From assembly GCA_963820525.1 (NCBI GenBank), contig CAWGAA010000001.1, positions 2,496,001 to 2,560,000 on the forward strand: a stretch of 64,000 nucleotides of DNA. The letters run 5' to 3'. Position 1 is the stretch's first letter; each line of letters starts with the position of its first letter. Below the pieces are notes generated by a model, which had not been told where the DNA came from, searched no databases, and saw only the letters and a program-made list of their open reading frames with translations. Shown here piece after piece: positions 39,273 through 48,720 of this stretch. This DNA is from an uncultured Spirochaetota bacterium. GTDB lineage: Bacteria > Spirochaetota > Spirochaetia > SZUA-6 > Fen-1364. A program made the position numbers and the translations under genes.

Positions 39273-39497
39273 GGCGTCGGCAAAAGTGTAATGGATAGGG
39301 GCCGGCGGCGCAAGGCGGCTCTCGCCGTGCGGCGGCACGGCCGACGCCGCCCCATGGCCGTGTGGGCGCCGCTCTGCCGACATCTTGCGGACCGAGGGGG
39401 CCGGCGGGAACCCGGCGGACCAGAGGCCGCCCGGCTCGGGTCATGCCGCGAAACCGGATTCTCGAAAAGCACGAATAAAAGCACTATAATCGAAGAA

Positions 39498-40739
39498 GTG
39501 GCCGACCTGAGACCCCTCCGGCGAACGACGTTCTTGAGTTGCGCCCTCCTTCTCGCTGCTGCCCTGCTATGGTGCGATGCTGAACCGCCCGCGGGCAAGA
39601 GCGCCTGCGTATTTCCCTTTGCGGACCTTTCTCCCGCGGCGGGCGATGCTGAACGCAGGAACGCGCTCTCCGATGCCTTGAGCACGGAGCTTCAGACCGC
39701 AGGGATCACCCTCCTGCCTCAGGAGAAATGGCAGGGGATCGCAGAAAAGCTGTCCATCACACCGATCGATCTCCTGGAGGGGCCGGCGGCGGCGCGTCTC
39801 GCTGCCGAGGCTGGAGCTGAGCTTGCTGTCAGCGGCTTCTTCTCCATGGAGAAGGAACGCATCCTGATCTGCGTGTCCTTCTACGACGCGAAGGCGAACG
39901 ACCTTGTCGCCGGGTTCATCGGCTCGTGGCGCTTCGATCTGGGGCTCTACAATTCCCTGCACTCTGAAGTCGCCGCCCTGCTTCCCAAGATACGGCTTTC
40001 CGACGCGACGCCTCCGGCAGCGGAAGGGGAAGCCGCCCCCGGGCTCCCCCTCTCGCGGATCGCCTTCACGTCCATGCAGGACGGAATCGAGGTTGTGCTG
40101 GCGGGAGACAAGAGCGCGGGCGTCACGGAAGGCGGCGAGCTCGTTGTTCCCATGGAGGGCATGAAGGCGGGGACCCCTCTGTTCATTCTCAAGCGCAAGG
40201 ATGGGTTCCACGCCTCGTGGCAGGCCGTCCGCGCGGCACCGCAGGTGACCCTCTCCCCGCTTGCGAAGAAGACCACCCTCGCCGCCGAGGCGATTTGGAC
40301 CTACGGCCAAATTCTCGGGGTTGGCGGCGCGTTCCGCTACTACCCGATTCCCGACTGGCTCTTCATCGCCGCCTCCGCCTACCCCTCGGTGCAGAGCCCC
40401 TTTACCCCGGGCTCCGTCCTGGTCCTTCACTCGGACATCGGTATCCAGGCAGGGCTCTATCTCATCTTCGCCCCGGAATCCCCCTTCCGGCTCGGCTTCT
40501 CAACCGGGGCGGGAGCGATTTTCACGAATGTGCTCACGCCGGCAATTCCCGCTTCCACGGACTTCTACCTGAATCCCCTCAATCTCTGGGTGGAATGGAA
40601 CCTGCCCGGCGTTTCATTCTTCCTGCGCGAGGAGATCAAATACGCCCTGGGAGGCTCCGACAGCCTGCTCGGCATGGGAATCATCAGCATCAGGTCCATT
40701 CCCCCGATAACACTCGGAGCGTTGTTCAAATGGCAGTGA
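39498..40739 (+). CDS. Putative outer-membrane protein: signal peptide, TolB-N/CsgG-like domain, PEGA-like domain, C-terminal beta-barrel
   Basis: ACVFPFADLS..ALSDALSTEL..AARLAAEAGAELAVSG; amphipathic strands ending ITLGALFKWQ; GTG 7 nt after TATAAT. Confidence 0.65.
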   Translation: MADLRPLRRTTFLSCALLLAAALLWCDAEPPAGKSACVFPFADLSPAAGDAERRNALSDALSTELQTAGITLLPQEKWQGIAEKLSITPIDLLEGPAAARLAAEAGAELAVSGFFSMEKERILICVSFYDAKANDLVAGFIGSWRFDLGLYNSLHSEVAALLPKIRLSDATPPAAEGEAAPGLPLSRIAFTSMQDGIEVVLAGDKSAGVTEGGELVVPMEGMKAGTPLFILKRKDGFHASWQAVRAAPQVTLSPLAKKTTLAAEAIWTYGQILGVGGAFRYYPIPDWLFIAASAYPSVQSPFTPGSVLVLHSDIGIQAGLYLIFAPESPFRLGFSTGAGAIFTNVLTPAIPASTDFYLNPLNLWVEWNLPGVSFFLREEIKYALGGSDSLLGMGIISIRSIPPITLGALFKWQ

Positions 40740-41761
40740 AAGGGGCCCTCCGCGCCGCGGTCTTCTCCGCCATCCTCTCCCTGGTCTCCTGCGGCTTTTT
40801 CGACGTTCTCCTCGCCTCCCCCTTCCCGGCGGCTCTCGCGTTCACGGTCGCCCGCAGGGACCTCTCGGGATACGTGCAGGCGGATCTGGCGGATTCGTAC
40901 ATCCCCAGCATCGTGGAGGCGAACGGCATCGACTACGTCCTGCTCGCCTCTCCATCTCCCGGAGGCGGGCCATGCATCATCGTCATGGATTCGGGCCTGA
41001 ACGTCGTGCAGACCCTCACGTCGGCGGACTTGGGCGGCATGATGCTGAGCGGCCCCCATGCCATGGCAGACGCCGGGAATCCGCAGCAGATAGTGGTGGG
41101 AAACAGCCTCTTCCTTCCAACCCCTGACGGGAAGCTCTCGTATCAGGGAAACATCGGCAGTACGCTCAGCGGTTCCTGGGGATTCGGATTTGCAATGCTC
41201 GACCCGGCGGATGTTTCCAACTGCCGAAACGTTACACACGTATCGGGGGATGGCAATACCCTCTCCTATGCTCTGTGGGGGTGTACCTGGGGCAGCACGC
41301 CCCAGCAATTCACGGCCCAGATCAGCCAGGATACAAACGCAATATTCTACCTTCACGCCGTATTCTCCGATCCGTCACAGAAGCGCGCTTTCATCGTGCT
41401 GTACGAGGCGAACAGCTCAAACGATCATTATCTTTCGATTCCCTGGGGCGATTTCACGGCCGGGCTTGCCAGCCCCCTCCTGAGCACCTACTCGGCCAGC
41501 CGCTTCATCAAGACGGTAATGCAGGACGATCTTTTGGGATTCTCCCAGGGCGGCTTCATCGGATTCGTGAGCACCTCAGGCGATCAGAGGTATGGCGACT
41601 TCATCAGGTTCGACGAGACGGGAACCGAGCTCCCCTCCCGGCTGCACTACGACAGGCTCCCCGAGATCAAAGCCGGCTACCGGGTCACGGGGGGCTACTA
41701 TGTCATCTTCGATCAGGAGTCGCGCATAATGTCGAAGATCAACTCGTGGTGGGCACAATGA
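40730..41761 (+). CDS. Putative lipoprotein, beta-rich
   Basis: MAVKGALRAAVFSAILSLVSC lipobox; S/T/G/aromatic-rich; overlaps upstream stop. Confidence 0.7.
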   Translation: MAVKGALRAAVFSAILSLVSCGFFDVLLASPFPAALAFTVARRDLSGYVQADLADSYIPSIVEANGIDYVLLASPSPGGGPCIIVMDSGLNVVQTLTSADLGGMMLSGPHAMADAGNPQQIVVGNSLFLPTPDGKLSYQGNIGSTLSGSWGFGFAMLDPADVSNCRNVTHVSGDGNTLSYALWGCTWGSTPQQFTAQISQDTNAIFYLHAVFSDPSQKRAFIVLYEANSSNDHYLSIPWGDFTAGLASPLLSTYSASRFIKTVMQDDLLGFSQGGFIGFVSTSGDQRYGDFIRFDETGTELPSRLHYDRLPEIKAGYRVTGGYYVIFDQESRIMSKINSWWAQ

Positions 41762-43014
41762 GAGCGGCTCGCATTCCGGCGGCGCTCCTTCTGGTCCTGA
41801 CCGCCGGCTTCTGCTACGCCCAGGAGCCGCAACGGAGCGCGGGCGCACCGCGCCGAGTCCTCGTCTCGGTCCAGGGGCAGCAGGGGGACGCGTATTCGCC
41901 GGTGGATCTTCTGATCCTTGAAAAATCCCTTGCCCTCGCCCTTCGGGAATCGAGTGAAGAGCTTCACGTCGTGGAGTCCGGCAAATCGGGCTTCCCCGCC
42001 TCGACGGCGCAGCGCAGCGAGGCCGCCCGCGCAATGGGAGCCGACTGCTGGCTGTGGGTGGGAATCTCGGGCTCCCGCGATTCGCCCTCATTCGCCGTGC
42101 AGTCCTTCGATCTTCTGCGCAACGCTATGAGCTTCGAGCAATCCATCCCGCAAGAAGGCCCCATTGTCCTCTCCGGCGCCCGAAGCGCCGCAATGGATCA
42201 GATCGCGCGTCTCATGCTGGAGAATTACGGAGTAGCCCGTACCGCTGCTTCCCCCGAGCCGGGCCAGACCGACCAAGCTCCTCAGAACCCCACGAGCGCC
42301 ATCCTCAGGATCCATGCGCGCCCCGGCACCGCCATCACGGGGCTTCAGGCGGAAAAGATCAAGGTCGGCCTCGATGGAGTGGCCGTGGTGGCGGTCGACG
42401 CTCCCGCCTCGTACATCATCGTGGCGAGACTCTCAGGCTATTATCCGGCCCAGCGGAGCTTCTACGTCGATTCGAGCAGGGACGTGGAGATGAGCCAGGA
42501 GCCGGCCTCCCTCTGGTCGCTGGAGGCCTCCTCATTCAACTCATTCTTTCCCGCCATTGACGCATCGTACTTCTTCGTGCCCAACTGGGCCTACGTGAAG
42601 CTAGGACTGACGAGCTTTCTCTTCGGCCTGCGCTTCGACAACAACGCGATCATCTACAGCTTCCCCCTCATCGACTTCACCCTTCAGGCCGGCAGCTACC
42701 TTGCCCCCGAGGACAGTTTCCTTCGGCCTTACGCGTCCGCCGGCGCCTTTCTCCGCTTCATCTTTCCCCCCGATTTCACGCCGCGCCTTGACCCGGTCTC
42801 TCCCTTCGGGTTTCAGCTCACCCTCGGAAGCGAAGCCCAGGTCACGATGAAGCTGCGGCTTTTTCTCGAGCTTGTCCCCATGCTGTATCTCAGCCGGCAT
42901 ACGGACCTTTTCCTGGCCTCCCTGGGCAGATCCACAGCCGGCGGCTACCTCTTCATGCCTTGGGCCGTGATCGGATTCTCCAACCTGCGATTCGGTTTAA
43001 GGTGGCTGTTATGA
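41758..43014 (+). CDS. Putative outer-membrane protein, paralog of 39498..40739
   Basis: Signal peptide ..GFCYA; AARAMGADCWLWV; ARLSGYYP (PEGA-like); strands ending NLRFGLRWLL; ATGA overlap. Confidence 0.65.
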   Translation: MRAARIPAALLLVLTAGFCYAQEPQRSAGAPRRVLVSVQGQQGDAYSPVDLLILEKSLALALRESSEELHVVESGKSGFPASTAQRSEAARAMGADCWLWVGISGSRDSPSFAVQSFDLLRNAMSFEQSIPQEGPIVLSGARSAAMDQIARLMLENYGVARTAASPEPGQTDQAPQNPTSAILRIHARPGTAITGLQAEKIKVGLDGVAVVAVDAPASYIIVARLSGYYPAQRSFYVDSSRDVEMSQEPASLWSLEASSFNSFFPAIDASYFFVPNWAYVKLGLTSFLFGLRFDNNAIIYSFPLIDFTLQAGSYLAPEDSFLRPYASAGAFLRFIFPPDFTPRLDPVSPFGFQLTLGSEAQVTMKLRLFLELVPMLYLSRHTDLFLASLGRSTAGGYLFMPWAVIGFSNLRFGLRWLL

Positions 43015-44132
43015 CGAGAGCCCTCACGCGCGCAGCGCTTTTTGCATCATTCGCTTTTGCATGCTTTACCTGCGCGCCTCCCTTTGACCCGGAAATCAGC
43101 ATGTCGGTTGTGACCATAGACCGCTTGACGCTGGAGGCAAGCGTTGGCCCCGTCGGAGACTCCTACAGCATCCCGGACGACGAGGCCGTATTGCTTCCGG
43201 TACAAACGTCAGCCGGGATCGACACCCTGAGGGCCTTCATAAGATTCGATAATTCCTCTTCCACCGGGCTCTGGTTCGCCGTCAGCGCGGCGGGCGGCGG
43301 AATCACGATCTACAATCAGCAGACCTGGTGGCGATCATTTGGCGGCGAAGACCCGAACTACCCCGTGTTTCTCCTTCAACCACTGATCAGCGGCGACTCC
43401 ATCGGCATCGTTTCCCTGTATTCGAATTTGTCCTCGGATCAGGTGGATATACAGTACTTCAACGCGGATTCGACTCCTCCGGGGCTTTACAGCCAAGCCG
43501 GCTATCCGGTTGCAGTGAGTTTCGGCGCCTCTTCCACGGCACGAGTGCTCGGAGCGAGCTTCTCTTCCGACCCGACGCATTCCTACAATCCGCTGGTCTG
43601 GCTGCTGGAAGATTCCTCGGGCACATGCTCCGAATACGAATCCTCGATGGGAAGCACGAGCGGATTCATCGCCACCGGAACCGCCGTCAACCCCACCTTC
43701 AGCCTCACGTCGATCCTCCAGGGTTCCACGAAGTGCCTCTACTACCACGTTCCCGGAACCTCGGGCGTGATCAACAAGAGCTGCATCAGCGTGTTCGTAA
43801 ACGGCGGCTGGCAGGCCTGGACGTGGAGCTTCGACTCAAGCGGGAATCTGAATGCCACGCGCTTGACGGGAGTCACGCACCGCATAGATGCCCTGCTGTC
43901 AACGGGTGAGCTTCTTTCCACGGAAGGGGGGATGGGGAGGGTTTACGACCCCTCGGGAAACGGGACACAGCTTGCCGCGTTCCCCCTGGGAAACCTTCGC
44001 TTCGTGTACGAGACTTTCGCGAGCGGCGCCCCAAAGGTCTACTTCTCCCAGATGCTCATCTTGGGAAAGGTCGTCTCCTTCAGGCTCTACTCTATTCCAA
44101 CAGCGGATTTGAAGACGTTGTCCGGCGGCTAA
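43011..44132 (+). CDS. Putative lipoprotein, beta-rich
   Basis: MTRALTRAALFASFAFACFTC signal with Cys; S/T/G/aromatic-rich; ATGA overlap. Confidence 0.65.
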   Translation: MTRALTRAALFASFAFACFTCAPPFDPEISMSVVTIDRLTLEASVGPVGDSYSIPDDEAVLLPVQTSAGIDTLRAFIRFDNSSSTGLWFAVSAAGGGITIYNQQTWWRSFGGEDPNYPVFLLQPLISGDSIGIVSLYSNLSSDQVDIQYFNADSTPPGLYSQAGYPVAVSFGASSTARVLGASFSSDPTHSYNPLVWLLEDSSGTCSEYESSMGSTSGFIATGTAVNPTFSLTSILQGSTKCLYYHVPGTSGVINKSCISVFVNGGWQAWTWSFDSSGNLNATRLTGVTHRIDALLSTGELLSTEGGMGRVYDPSGNGTQLAAFPLGNLRFVYETFASGAPKVYFSQMLILGKVVSFRLYSIPTADLKTLSGG

Positions 44133-44137
44133 GCGCC

Positions 44138-46406
44138 TTACCTGAGCAATCCCCGAAGCTCGGTGAGCAGGCTCGTCATGTCGGGGTCTTTTGAATACAG
44201 GGCGAGCTTCTCGTCGAAGAACTTCCGCCGCGCATCGGAGGTGCGGGCGCTGGAAAGCTCGATGACGGCGTCGATGGCGTCCTGAAGGGCTCCGCTTCGC
44301 CCCGCGGACTGGAACCCCTGATCGTACCTCTTTATCCTGGCGAGAAGACCGGGGAACGTATCGTCTACGGGCTTGGAGCCGAGAAACGAGTCGAGATAGG
44401 CCTTGCTGTCCACAAGGCCCCGGACGCCCCTGTCCGCCAGAATCGGATCCTCCAACGAGGTGTAGTCCCGATAGCTCTTGTCCAGCGAGCTGAGCCTCCC
44501 CTGGAGGTCACTTCGGCTTCCGGGAATCCGCGGCCGGGGAGCCTGACTGTCCCGCCTTGTTCAGCTGGGAGGTGAGGGAGTCGATCTGAGCCAGGAGCTT
44601 CTTGTTGTCCTCCTGAGCCTTGTGAAGATCGTCCGAGACTTTCTGCTGCGAGGGGTCAGGCTGCCGCGATGCAAGCTCCTTCTCCAGTGCCGCGATCCGG
44701 GAGGCGAGATCCGCCTGGATTTTTTTCTCTCTTTCAGCGGCCGCCGAGGTGATCCTCTTCACGGCGGAATCGATGCCCCGGGCGGCCTCATCGGTGCGGG
44801 AGCTCAACGGGCAGGCAGCCAGGACTTTCACGTATACGACCAGGGCGTCTTCGGGCCGATCCTGCGCCAGAAAGCCGGCGCCTTGGGCGATGAGGGGCGC
44901 CGCCGCCCGGGATTGCTCCTGCCGCGACCTGCGCGTTTCCCTCTCCACCGCCGCCGCCTCGATATTCGCCATCGTCTTGGCCAGTCTCTCCGAGCTTTCA
45001 GGAAGATACGCGAATGCCTCCCGGTAGGCGGCGAGGGAATCTGCCGTGTTTCCCGCAGCGAGGGCCGCTTCAGCCCGCGCCAGCGCGTCACGCAGGCGCA
45101 GCTGCCGGTTCGCCTCGGTATCCTTCTCGGCTTGAATAAGGAAGGAGAAGCTCTTGACGACGTCGGGGATCACCTGGAGGGCAAGGCCGTAGGATTTCTC
45201 GGCATCCGCGACCCTCCCCTCACGCAGAAAGGCCTCCGCATCGCTCACCCGTGCCCTGATCTCGCCGACCTGATTCGCCGCGTCCACGAGCGAGGAAGTG
45301 TCCGCCTTCTCGCTGGCCTGCTTTTCGCGAACGAGAGCGGCGAGGGAGTCCACGACGAAAAGATCGAACTCACGCCGCTGGGCAATCGCGGGAAGCGAGA
45401 TCACGTCGGGACTGCTCACGTAGTCGCGCACGGCCTGGAGGCTCAGGAGGGCCTTCGGGTAGTCGCTCCTGTCGATGTCGGCCCGGGCAACCTGGTACAG
45501 GCCGATGAGCTGGCCGCTTGCCAGATCCTCCCGCGCCCGCTGGGCTGAGATTGTAGTGAGGACCTGCTCGGCCCGGGCTCTCTCCGATTCCAGGGCCTGC
45601 GTCTTCTGCTCCAGCTGTCGGCGAAGCTCGTCCTCGCGCTTTCGGGAATCAGACAGAACCTGAAGCCTTTCCTCGTTCGCCTTGGCCAAGTTGGCGGTGA
45701 ACTCGGCCTGGAGGCTCTTCAAGCTCTCCTCTGACTTCTTCCTCTCCTGCTCGGCCTGCGTGCGATACGCGTCCAGCTGCCTGGCGAACTCGGCATTCTG
45801 CCTGGCTTCCAGGTCCTGGATCCTCTTCTCGATGGCCCCCTCGGAGAGTCCCTGCCCCTTGAGCTTCTCCCGCTCCGCTTCAAGCTCGCCCGCCATCGCG
45901 TCGCGCAGCTCCTTCTCCCGCTGGCTCACCTTGGCATCCATCGAGGTTTGAAGGTTCTCCCGCTCCCTGTCTATCTCCGTGAGCCGCTGCTGGATCGCGC
46001 CGATCTGGCGGTTCTTCTCCTGCAGCTGCGCTTCGGCATCCTTCTTCACTTCCTCGATGAGCCTGCCCTCTGCCGTGATGGCGGAGGGCTGCTCCCTGCT
46101 TATCCGCGTCTCCCCGCGCTGGAAAAGGAAATAGAAGCCGAGGGCGCAGATGCCCAGGGCAAGGATGGCCGAGACATTGACCGCAATGGGGAAGAGAACG
46201 CCCCGCTTGACGGAGCGAACGACGAACGCCTCCGGCGTGACCTTCATCCTGCTCGCCGTGGCAACCTTTTCGATCTCCTTGAGGATCTCCCTCTGGTCTT
46301 CCTTGGAGATTCCCGATTCGGAGTCGAACTGGATGTCTTCCCGGAGCCTTCCGTCGCGCGAAAGGACGTCCCTGAGTCTATGAGCTTTCGCGAGCAGCCC
46401 GATCAA
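44138..46406 (-). pseudogene. Membrane-anchored coiled-coil/TPR-like protein, split by a frameshift near 44510 (possibly an assembly error)
   Basis: One TM (LFPIAVNVSAILALGICALGFYFLF), long heptad region, TPR-like helices; the next frame continues SDLQGRLSSLDKSYRDY into ORF 44138..44455. Confidence 0.7.
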
Positions 46407-46470
46407 AGCGGTTTACCCCGGATCAAATTTCGGCGGCCGCCCCTGAGTTCTTGAGCCCGAAGGAGGCGCC

Positions 46471-48129
46471 TCATTTTTCGGTCATCACCTCCACGCCGTC
46501 CCAGGTCGGCGGAGGGGGGTTCTTCTGGTAGGCGATGCAGCGGTTCATGAGAAGGCCGCTCACGTAATCCTCCGGCATGATGATCGACGCGTTTCGAAAA
46601 AGCCCCACCGCCTTCTCGAAGTTGCGCTTATAGTACTCCTCCATGGCGGCATTATGGTAGTCCCAGGCTTCCTTTTCCGCGGCGTCGAGGCCTCTCTTTA
46701 CCGCGTAGATGCGGTCTCCCCTGGTCTTGCCCTTCACCGCAACCAGATCCAAGAGCCTGCAGGGAAGCGCGTCCTTCACCTTCATGTAGAGGCTCTCCGA
46801 GATTATGAGATCCTGATGGTAGAGCTTCGTGAGCCCCTCGAGGCGGGAGGCGAGATTCACCATCTCCCCGATCACGGTGTAGTTCATCTTCTTTTCCGTG
46901 CCGATGTTGCCCACCGTCACCACGCCGTAGTTTATCCCTACGCCGATTCGGAAGGGGCGTTTCCCCGCCGCCGTCTGGCTCTTGTTGAACTCCACCAGCG
47001 CTTCCCCCATCTCGATGCCCGCCATGACGGACTGCAGGGCGTCGTCCTCGTGCTTCACGGGAGCGCCGAAGAACGCCATGATCGCGTCCCCGATGTATTT
47101 GTCGACGATACCGTTTCTCGCCATGATGGTGTCAACCATAACGGTGAAGTAGCGGTTCAAGGCGTTCACCAGGTCATCGGGGGGCATGGTCTCGGAAATC
47201 TGCGTGAAATCCCTGATGTCCGAGAAGAGGACCGAGAGGACCCTGTTTTCACCCACCAGCATCGATTCCGGATTGGAGAAGAACTTCTCGATCACGTCCT
47301 TGGGAACGTACATCTGGAAGATGTTCCTGATCTTCTGCTCCCGCTTCTGGGCGAGCACGGCCTTGAAGGCATAGCTCTTGATCTGCCCATAGGCCTTTTC
47401 GAGTTCGCCAACCATGAGGTTGAAGGTCTGGGCGAGGGTGCCGATCTCGTCGTGGTACTCAACCACGACCCTCTCGGAGAGGTCATTGGTGGAGATGATG
47501 TCCTTCATCGTGTTCATCACCCGGGTGAGAGGCCGGGTGAGGTAGCTCGCGAAGACCAGGATCAGGATGATTCCCAGGGCGATCGAGGCCATGAGGATGA
47601 TGCCGGTGCGCATCGTGATCTCGTTCACCTGCCCGTAGAAGGTGCCGCGCTCCTCTGTCACCATGAGGTACCACCGGAAAGGATCGAACCAGAACCCCTT
47701 TGCCACGCGGTCCTTTCCGCCGAGCCGCAGCGCGAGAAAGTCGCTGTTTCGCGAAGAGATGAGCTTCAGGATGGCGGGCTGCTCGCTTCTGAGGAGCATG
47801 AGCTTGGAGGTGCTCATCGCCGCGCTTCCGTCCTCTGTAAAGGCGACGATCAGCTCCGTGGGGCTTCCGATTATGCTGCGGGCATAGCCTTCCACGGCGG
47901 CCTGGGTGGCGGCCACCATCTCTTTTCTGTCCGTGAGCTTGTTCTCCACCAGGAGCGTCCACTGGCTGGCCGCCTGGTTTTCCAGCTGCAGGGCCTTGAA
48001 GCCGAGAAAGTCCTTTGCGATGCGGCTGATCCCGTTGGTGGCCGAGAAGAAGGAGGATATTCCGGTCAGCACGAGAGTTGCGATTAGCAGGGGCAGGACG
48101 ACAAGGATTATCTTCAAGCGGATGCTCAT
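46471..48129 (-). CDS. Membrane-bound class III adenylate cyclase (TM-periplasmic-TM-HAMP-cyclase, TPR-like tail)
   Basis: FSDIRDFT, DKYIGDAIMAFF, GVGINYG, NYTVIGEMVNLASRLEG, VKGK; HAMP DEIGTLAQTFN. Confidence 0.95.
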   Translation of the reverse strand: MSIRLKIILVVLPLLIATLVLTGISSFFSATNGISRIAKDFLGFKALQLENQAASQWTLLVENKLTDRKEMVAATQAAVEGYARSIIGSPTELIVAFTEDGSAAMSTSKLMLLRSEQPAILKLISSRNSDFLALRLGGKDRVAKGFWFDPFRWYLMVTEERGTFYGQVNEITMRTGIILMASIALGIILILVFASYLTRPLTRVMNTMKDIISTNDLSERVVVEYHDEIGTLAQTFNLMVGELEKAYGQIKSYAFKAVLAQKREQKIRNIFQMYVPKDVIEKFFSNPESMLVGENRVLSVLFSDIRDFTQISETMPPDDLVNALNRYFTVMVDTIMARNGIVDKYIGDAIMAFFGAPVKHEDDALQSVMAGIEMGEALVEFNKSQTAAGKRPFRIGVGINYGVVTVGNIGTEKKMNYTVIGEMVNLASRLEGLTKLYHQDLIISESLYMKVKDALPCRLLDLVAVKGKTRGDRIYAVKRGLDAAEKEAWDYHNAAMEEYYKRNFEKAVGLFRNASIIMPEDYVSGLLMNRCIAYQKNPPPPTWDGVEVMTEK

Positions 48130-48136
48130 ATCGTAT

Positions 48137-48165
48137 ATTCTAACGTTCGGCAGAATGCCTCTCAA
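48137..48165 (-). promoter_or_regulatory. sigma70 promoter giving a probable leaderless cyclase transcript
   Basis: TTGAGA-N17-TAGAAT-N7-ATG on the minus strand. Confidence 0.7.
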
Positions 48166-48187
48166 TAAGCAGGAAGAGGAGCCTGAG

Positions 48188-48712
48188 ATGGTGCACAGGA
48201 TCGCAGAGAAGATACCGGATACCGGCCGTGCGTCGTTTATTGCGTGGAACGCTGAAGTGTCCGGGAGCGTCACCCTCGGCCGGGACTCCAGCGTTTGGTT
48301 CGGAGCGGCGCTCCGGGGAGACCTGGCCCCGATCGAGGTGGGAGCCCGGAGCAACATCCAGGACAACGCCACGCTCCACGTGGACACGAACGCCCCCTGC
48401 CGCCTCGGTGATGGGGTGACGGTAGGTCACAATGCCATCCTCCATGGCTGTACCGTGGAGGACGGCTGCCTGATCGGCATGGGAGCGGTTGTGCTTACCG
48501 GCGCGCTGATCGGCAGGGAAAGCATCGTGGGAGCGGGAGCGCTCGTGACCGAGGGGAAGAGCTTCCCCCCGCGATCGCTCATCCTGGGAAGCCCCGCCAA
48601 GCTCGTCCGGCAGCTCGATGACGGAGCCGTCGCGAAAAACAGGGAAAACGCGGATGTGTATATCGGCCTCGCGCGCGAGGCTGCGATACAATACGCCGAG
48701 ATGGACGGGTAA
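48188..48712 (+). CDS. Gamma-carbonic anhydrase family protein (YrdA-like)
   Basis: SSVWFGAALRGD, SNIQDNATLH, VTVGHNAILHGC hexapeptide repeats with three His ligands. Confidence 0.93.
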   Translation: MVHRIAEKIPDTGRASFIAWNAEVSGSVTLGRDSSVWFGAALRGDLAPIEVGARSNIQDNATLHVDTNAPCRLGDGVTVGHNAILHGCTVEDGCLIGMGAVVLTGALIGRESIVGAGALVTEGKSFPPRSLILGSPAKLVRQLDDGAVAKNRENADVYIGLAREAAIQYAEMDG

Positions 48713-48720
48713 GGGCGGGG

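Noticed and set aside
39300..39470. GC-rich intergenic region as a structured ncRNA
   Set aside because: Only imperfect pairing, as expected at this GC content; no family features
44508..44510. TGA as possible selenocysteine or readthrough codon
   Set aside because: The downstream coding sequence is in a different frame
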